A stretch of DNA of 64,000 nt from Bacteroidota bacterium (GTDB taxonomy: Bacteria > Bacteroidota > Bacteroidia > Chitinophagales > Chitinophagaceae), in contig JBDKJT010000058.1 in assembly GCA_039796475.1 (NCBI GenBank), forward strand, positions 3,303 to 67,302, in the 5' to 3' direction. Position numbers and translations under genes: made by a program. The notes under the pieces were generated by a model. That model had not been told where the DNA came from. It worked only from the letters and a program-made list of their open reading frames with translations, and did no database searches. Position 1 is the stretch's first letter; each line of letters begins with the position of its first letter. This document shows, piece after piece, positions 59,705-64,000 of this stretch.

Positions 59705-61195
59705 TTACCTGCTATAATTAGGTGCTTCTTTGGTGATGGCAATATCGTGTGCATGGCTTTCTCTCATGCCTGCATTGGTGATTTTTACAAAAGTGGCACC
59801 CTGCAGGGCCTTGATATTATTGGCACCGCAATAACCCATGCCAGCCCGCAGGCCGCCGGTGTACTGGTGTACTACTTCTTTTAAAGAGCCTTTAAAGGCC
59901 ACCCGCCCTTCGATACCTTCTGGTACAAACTTTTTAATATCATCTTCTACATCTTGAAAATACCGGTCGCTGCTGCCTTGTGCCATGGCACCCAACGAGC
60001 CCATGCCACGGTATTGCTTAAAGCGGCGGCCTTCGTAAATGATGGTTTCGCCGGGGCTTTCTTCGGTGCCGGCAAATACATTGCCCATCATTACGCAACT
60101 GGCGCCGGCGGCCAATGCTTTTACCATATCGCCGGTATAGCGTATGCCGCCATCGCTGATGATGCCAACGTTTTTATTTTTTAAAGCAGCGGCTGCTTCC
60201 ATTACAGCGGTTATTTGGGGTACGCCAGTACCAGCTACAATACGGGTGGTACAAATAGACCCCGGGCCAATACCTACTTTTACGGCATCGGCGCCAGCCT
60301 CTGCCAGCGCTTTGGCGCCAGCGGCGGTACCCACATTGCCGGCAATTACCTGCATGCCTTTAAACGATTTTTTGATGGCTTTTAATGCATCCATTACACC
60401 TTTGGTATGGCCATGGGCACTATCGAGGCAAATAGCGTCTACACCTGCCTGTTGCAGGGCAGCTACACGGTCCATGGTGTCTTTGGTAATGCCTACACCT
60501 GCGCCCACTAACAGGCGGCCGAAGCTGTCTTTAATAGCGTGTGGGTGAGATTTTAATTTAAGTATATCGCTGTAGGTAAACAGGCCAATAAGTTTGCCGG
60601 CACGGCTTACCACGGGCAGTTTTTCTACCTTGGTTTTTTTAAATAGTTGCTCCGCTTTTTTAAGGTCGGTGCCTTCGGGGGCAATTACCAGGTTTTGGCT
60701 GGTCATTACTGTACTTACTTTTTCTTTAAAATTGGTTTCAAACCTCAGATCCCGGTTGGTGAGTATACCCACTAGTTTATGGTTGGCATCAACAATAGGG
60801 ATGCCGCCAATTTTATTTTCTTTCATCAGGCGGATGGCTTCGCCAATGCTTGCGTCGGGGCTTAGTGTAAGCGGATCCAGGATGAGCCCATTTTCACTTC
60901 TTTTTACTTTTTTTACCTGGTCGGCTTGCTTTTCTATGGTCATGTTTTTGTGCAGTATGCCGAGGCCACCTTCACGAGCCAGCGCAATGGCCAGCGATGC
61001 TTCGGTTACTGTATCCATGGCTGCACTAAGCATGGGTACATTTAAGGTGATGGTTTTGGTGAGCTGTGTGCTAATGTTTACATCACGTGGTAATACCTCT
61101 GAGTAGGCTGGCATAAGCAGCACATCATCAAAAGTTAAGCCTTCACCGAAAAAATTGGGGGTTTTGTTGCCGGAGGGAGATTTTTTTGTTGCCAT
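59705..61195 (-). CDS. guaB: IMP dehydrogenase
   Basis: The start is moved to MATKK at 61195. Then [20 protein letters not shown], tandem CBS domains, and the catalytic loop [11 protein letters not shown]...GGIRYTGD. Confidence 0.96.
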   Translation of the reverse strand: MATKKSPSGNKTPNFFGEGLTFDDVLLMPAYSEVLPRDVNISTQLTKTITLNVPMLSAAMDTVTEASLAIALAREGGLGILHKNMTIEKQADQVKKVKRSENGLILDPLTLSPDASIGEAIRLMKENKIGGIPIVDANHKLVGILTNRDLRFETNFKEKVSTVMTSQNLVIAPEGTDLKKAEQLFKKTKVEKLPVVSRAGKLIGLFTYSDILKLKSHPHAIKDSFGRLLVGAGVGITKDTMDRVAALQQAGVDAICLDSAHGHTKGVMDALKAIKKSFKGMQVIAGNVGTAAGAKALAEAGADAVKVGIGPGSICTTRIVAGTGVPQITAVMEAAAALKNKNVGIISDGGIRYTGDMVKALAAGASCVMMGNVFAGTEESPGETIIYEGRRFKQYRGMGSLGAMAQGSSDRYFQDVEDDIKKFVPEGIEGRVAFKGSLKEVVHQYTGGLRAGMGYCGANNIKALQGATFVKITNAGMRESHAHDIAITKEAPNYSR

Positions 61196-61320
61196 GGGCA
61201 AAGATACAATGCAGATTTGAAAAAGCAAATTTGGCGGCTGCAGCTGTTTGTTGTTTTACATTGTATTGCTGGATGGCATTGCTTTACAAGGCACTATTTT
61301 TTTAAAAAAAGATAAAACAC

Positions 61321-63612
61321 TTAGTGGTGCTGCACCAGTACTTTTTTGGCCAGTATTGTTTTGTTGTTTGAAAGATGCAGGCTGTACACACCGGCGGGCA
61401 GCCGGGCCGTAGTTACCTGCATTGTAAGCATTGTATTGCCGGTAGGAAAAAGCCGCCCGCTGTATACTAATTGCCCCTGGCTGTTAAAAAGCCGGTAGCT
61501 GAGTGGCTGTGGATATTTATAATTGATATAAAAATACCCGTTTGCAGGGTTGGGAAATATTGAAAAAAAATCGGGTATTGGTTGTACAGGCGGCTCGGCG
61601 GGGTCGTGGGTAAGGCGGCAAACATCATATGCACTGCAAAGCGTATCTACGGCAAGCCTTTGGCCGGTAAGGGCCATCAGTATATCAGCCTTGCCCATGC
61701 CGGTGATATTGTTGGGTTGTGGCCCCCATTGCTGGCAATGGCTGTCAAAATCGGCTGTGCTTTTAATTAAATTGATTACTTGCTGCCGGGTAAAGTGCGG
61801 ATATTTTTCCCAAATAAGTGCGGCCATGCCGGCGGTAATAGGGCTGGCAGCGCTGGTGCCGCCAAAAGACACGGTATTGGTATCCACAATAAATTGATGT
61901 TCAAAAAAATCGTCGAAGCGCTTACGTGGCGCCATTACGTTATCGCCCGGGTTAAGAATGTCTGGTTTTATACGGCCATCCATTGTAGGGCCATGGCTGG
62001 TAAAATATGTGGTGCGGCATTTATCGTACTGGCTTACTACTTCTTTATCTATATGCACAAAACAGCTACGGATGTTGTATGCGCCGCTGCTGATAACCGA
62101 AAATGCATGGCTGGGTATTACAGTGGTATAATCATTATCAGTAAGCGAAAATGTGCTGTCGGCAGGTAGTGGGTTTTGATTAAAATAAAACTGTGGATGT
62201 ACATTAAAAAACGGAAACCAGCAATGAAAACTGCCGCTGCCTTTCCAAATCATCCGCATCAGCCTTGCATCGGGCAGGTTGCCACCGTTGGTTTGCAGGG
62301 AGGTTAATTTTACAACCACCTCATCATACAAATCGTTGTAATGAGCGGCAGAAAAAAGCAATTCGGTATAAAGCTTACCTGTACTATCTTTTATCACTCG
62401 CCGGATGGGGTATGTACTGTTAACAGCACTATCAATATTTACATAAATAGATTGGCCAATAATACTATCCGTTGAAATATTTGGCTGGTTGTAGCTGCCC
62501 ATGGCAGATTCGGCAAAAGATAGGGATAGCTGTTTGCTATATTGCCGCGGTACGGTATAATAAAGATTGCCTCCGTAGCTGTAATTAAAAAAAGTATAGC
62601 TCGAGTCTTGATGCACCGGAAAGCCGCCCCAATGTTTCCAGGTATTGCCATTGTTGCCGGCAGAGCAACTGATGAGCACATCGGGTTTTTCCTCACAAAA
62701 ATTATCCATTGCTTTTTCTACCAAAGTTTTGCCATCATGTGGCCCACCATCCATAATACCCAGGCTAATATTGATGACACATTTTTTATTTGCCGCCTTC
62801 GCTTTTTGATACAGGTATTGAATGGCATCCAGCATCCTGTCTGATCGTAACAAGGTATCGCCATATGCCACCAACGATACTACGGCAATGGCAGCGTTGG
62901 GTGCTACTCCGTTATTGCCTGCGGCAAGTCCTGTTACACTGGTGCCATGAAACGAATATCCAAACAGATTTTCTAACTGTGTATTTGTAATGGTTTTGTT
63001 GCGGTAGCGCTGGGCATAATACTCCAATGTATCTGGTAGCCACTCGTGGCCATAACCAAAGCCTGTGGGTGCTGTGCCGGGGTGATCCATATTCCAAATT
63101 GCCATTACCCTGGTTTTATGTTGGGCATCTAAAAAATCGGGGTGAGAAAAATCAATTCCATCATCAATCACCCCTAACAGGGTATTACGGCCGGTGTAAG
63201 CACTGTCAAGCGACGCTGTTTGATTGTGCACATAATATGTACGGGTAAATTTTTTCATCACCGTATCTGTTTTTCGCAGCAGCAAGGGCAACTCTACCCG
63301 GCTAATGTGGGGCAAGGCAGCCAGTAATGCCACATCCCTTAGGGCAATATCGGCAGTGGCAATAGTGCCCATACGGGTACGTACCTGCAAGGCGGGCATA
63401 CTGGCTTCTGGTGCCTCAGCAAGCGGGTTGTATTCAATAATTACAGGAATATGCTCAGTGCCATTTACCATTGTTATAAGCGGTGAGGCTGGTTTTTGCT
63501 GTGCTAGTAAAAGCTTAAGCGTAGCGCCTATTTTTGTTTGTGCAGCTGGTGCTTGCGCTGCAAGCTGCAGGTAGCTGCTAAGCAACATAAAAAAAGGAAT
63601 AAGCAGTTTCAT
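61321..63612 (-). CDS. S8 family (subtilisin-like) serine peptidase with T9SS type-A C-terminal sorting domain
   Basis: The start is moved to MKLLIPFFMLLSSYLQLAAQA (signal peptide). The triad motifs are GVIDDGID (Asp), HGTSVTGLAAGN (His) and GGTSAASPITAGMAAL (Ser). The C-terminus reads IFPNPANGYFYINY...AGVYSLHL...KKVLV. Confidence 0.88.
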   Translation of the reverse strand: MKLLIPFFMLLSSYLQLAAQAPAAQTKIGATLKLLLAQQKPASPLITMVNGTEHIPVIIEYNPLAEAPEASMPALQVRTRMGTIATADIALRDVALLAALPHISRVELPLLLRKTDTVMKKFTRTYYVHNQTASLDSAYTGRNTLLGVIDDGIDFSHPDFLDAQHKTRVMAIWNMDHPGTAPTGFGYGHEWLPDTLEYYAQRYRNKTITNTQLENLFGYSFHGTSVTGLAAGNNGVAPNAAIAVVSLVAYGDTLLRSDRMLDAIQYLYQKAKAANKKCVINISLGIMDGGPHDGKTLVEKAMDNFCEEKPDVLISCSAGNNGNTWKHWGGFPVHQDSSYTFFNYSYGGNLYYTVPRQYSKQLSLSFAESAMGSYNQPNISTDSIIGQSIYVNIDSAVNSTYPIRRVIKDSTGKLYTELLFSAAHYNDLYDEVVVKLTSLQTNGGNLPDARLMRMIWKGSGSFHCWFPFFNVHPQFYFNQNPLPADSTFSLTDNDYTTVIPSHAFSVISSGAYNIRSCFVHIDKEVVSQYDKCRTTYFTSHGPTMDGRIKPDILNPGDNVMAPRKRFDDFFEHQFIVDTNTVSFGGTSAASPITAGMAALIWEKYPHFTRQQVINLIKSTADFDSHCQQWGPQPNNITGMGKADILMALTGQRLAVDTLCSAYDVCRLTHDPAEPPVQPIPDFFSIFPNPANGYFYINYKYPQPLSYRLFNSQGQLVYSGRLFPTGNTMLTMQVTTARLPAGVYSLHLSNNKTILAKKVLVQHH

Positions 63613-63760
63613 GCAAATAAGACAGGTTTTAGCATCGTTCTGTTGTATGGCCTTGTAAATATACTTTTTGCAGGTTAGCTGTTGGTGCACATTAAACTAT
63701 TTAACATTTCCGCCATCTTAAGGGTATTGAGTGTTTTACAAAGTTTAATAGTTTAGCAAG

Positions 63761-64000
63761 ATGAATAAAAAATACCCGTTGCTGCTTTGTTTTGGATGGA
63801 TATTTTCGTTGGGCCAATATTCGTTGTTGGCCCAGCAATCAACTACTGCCAACGCATTTACCATGCCTTGGAAAACTGCTGGCATAACCCAGCGGCAGGC
63901 TGCTGCACACCTCGCTAGCCGGTTTACATTTGGTGCTACCCCCGGCCTGGTAGATGAAATGTTGCATACCGGGCTCGAAAAATGGTTTGCCCTGCAGTTG
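63761..64000 (+). CDS. DUF1800 domain-containing protein, N-terminal fragment (continues beyond window end)
   Basis: Hand translation gives MNKKYPLLLCFGWIFSLGQYSLLAQQ... and QAAAHLASRFTFGATPGLVDEMLHTGLEKWFALQL. That is a signal peptide plus the characteristic DUF1800 opening motif. Confidence 0.6.
   Translation, partial: MNKKYPLLLCFGWIFSLGQYSLLAQQSTTANAFTMPWKTAGITQRQAAAHLASRFTFGATPGLVDEMLHTGLEKWFALQL

Overview
This window reads as a chromosomal segment of a Bacteroidota bacterium. That assignment is an inference from three things: the gliding/T9SS genes, T9SS C-terminal sorting domains, and a Bacteroidota-type dcw gene order that lacks murF and ddl. Most of it is housekeeping. It holds a DUF255 thioredoxin-domain protein, gldK-gldL-gldM-gldN (T9SS core), uvrC, glpK-glpD-glpF, atpD-atpC and a purine nucleoside phosphorylase. 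It also holds a complete mraZ-rsmH-ftsL-ftsI-murE-mraY-murD-ftsW-murG-murC-ftsQ-ftsA-ftsZ cluster, guaB, and two T9SS cargo proteins: a 1115-aa adhesin with a type-B CTD and an S8 protease with a type-A CTD. I found no rRNA, tRNA, CRISPR array, transposase or integrase. The stand-out is one 5.3-kb ORF (10505-15814, minus strand) encoding a 1769-aa protein with no signal peptide. It fuses two different lipase-type serine-hydrolase domains, an unassigned central module, a CHAT caspase-like protease domain and a helical-repeat tail, and every catalytic motif is intact. I read it as a candidate self-contained protease-plus-phospholipase conflict or abortive-infection module that I do not recognise as a described system. 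It sits beside a small accessory stretch (about 15.8-19 kb) that includes a 5'-truncated gene remnant. Smaller observations include a frameshifted YdeN/RBBP9-family hydrolase, a glpF whose second NPA box reads NTA, and a SLATT/DUF4231-like two-TM protein next to an RDD protein. Others are a 10-bp-periodic GTG repeat array upstream of mraZ (putative MraZ operator), a CA-only tract before ftsA, direct repeats in the mraY-murD spacer, and a 15-bp perfect stem-loop between gldK and gldL. All functional calls come from reading the translations by eye. No database search was run.
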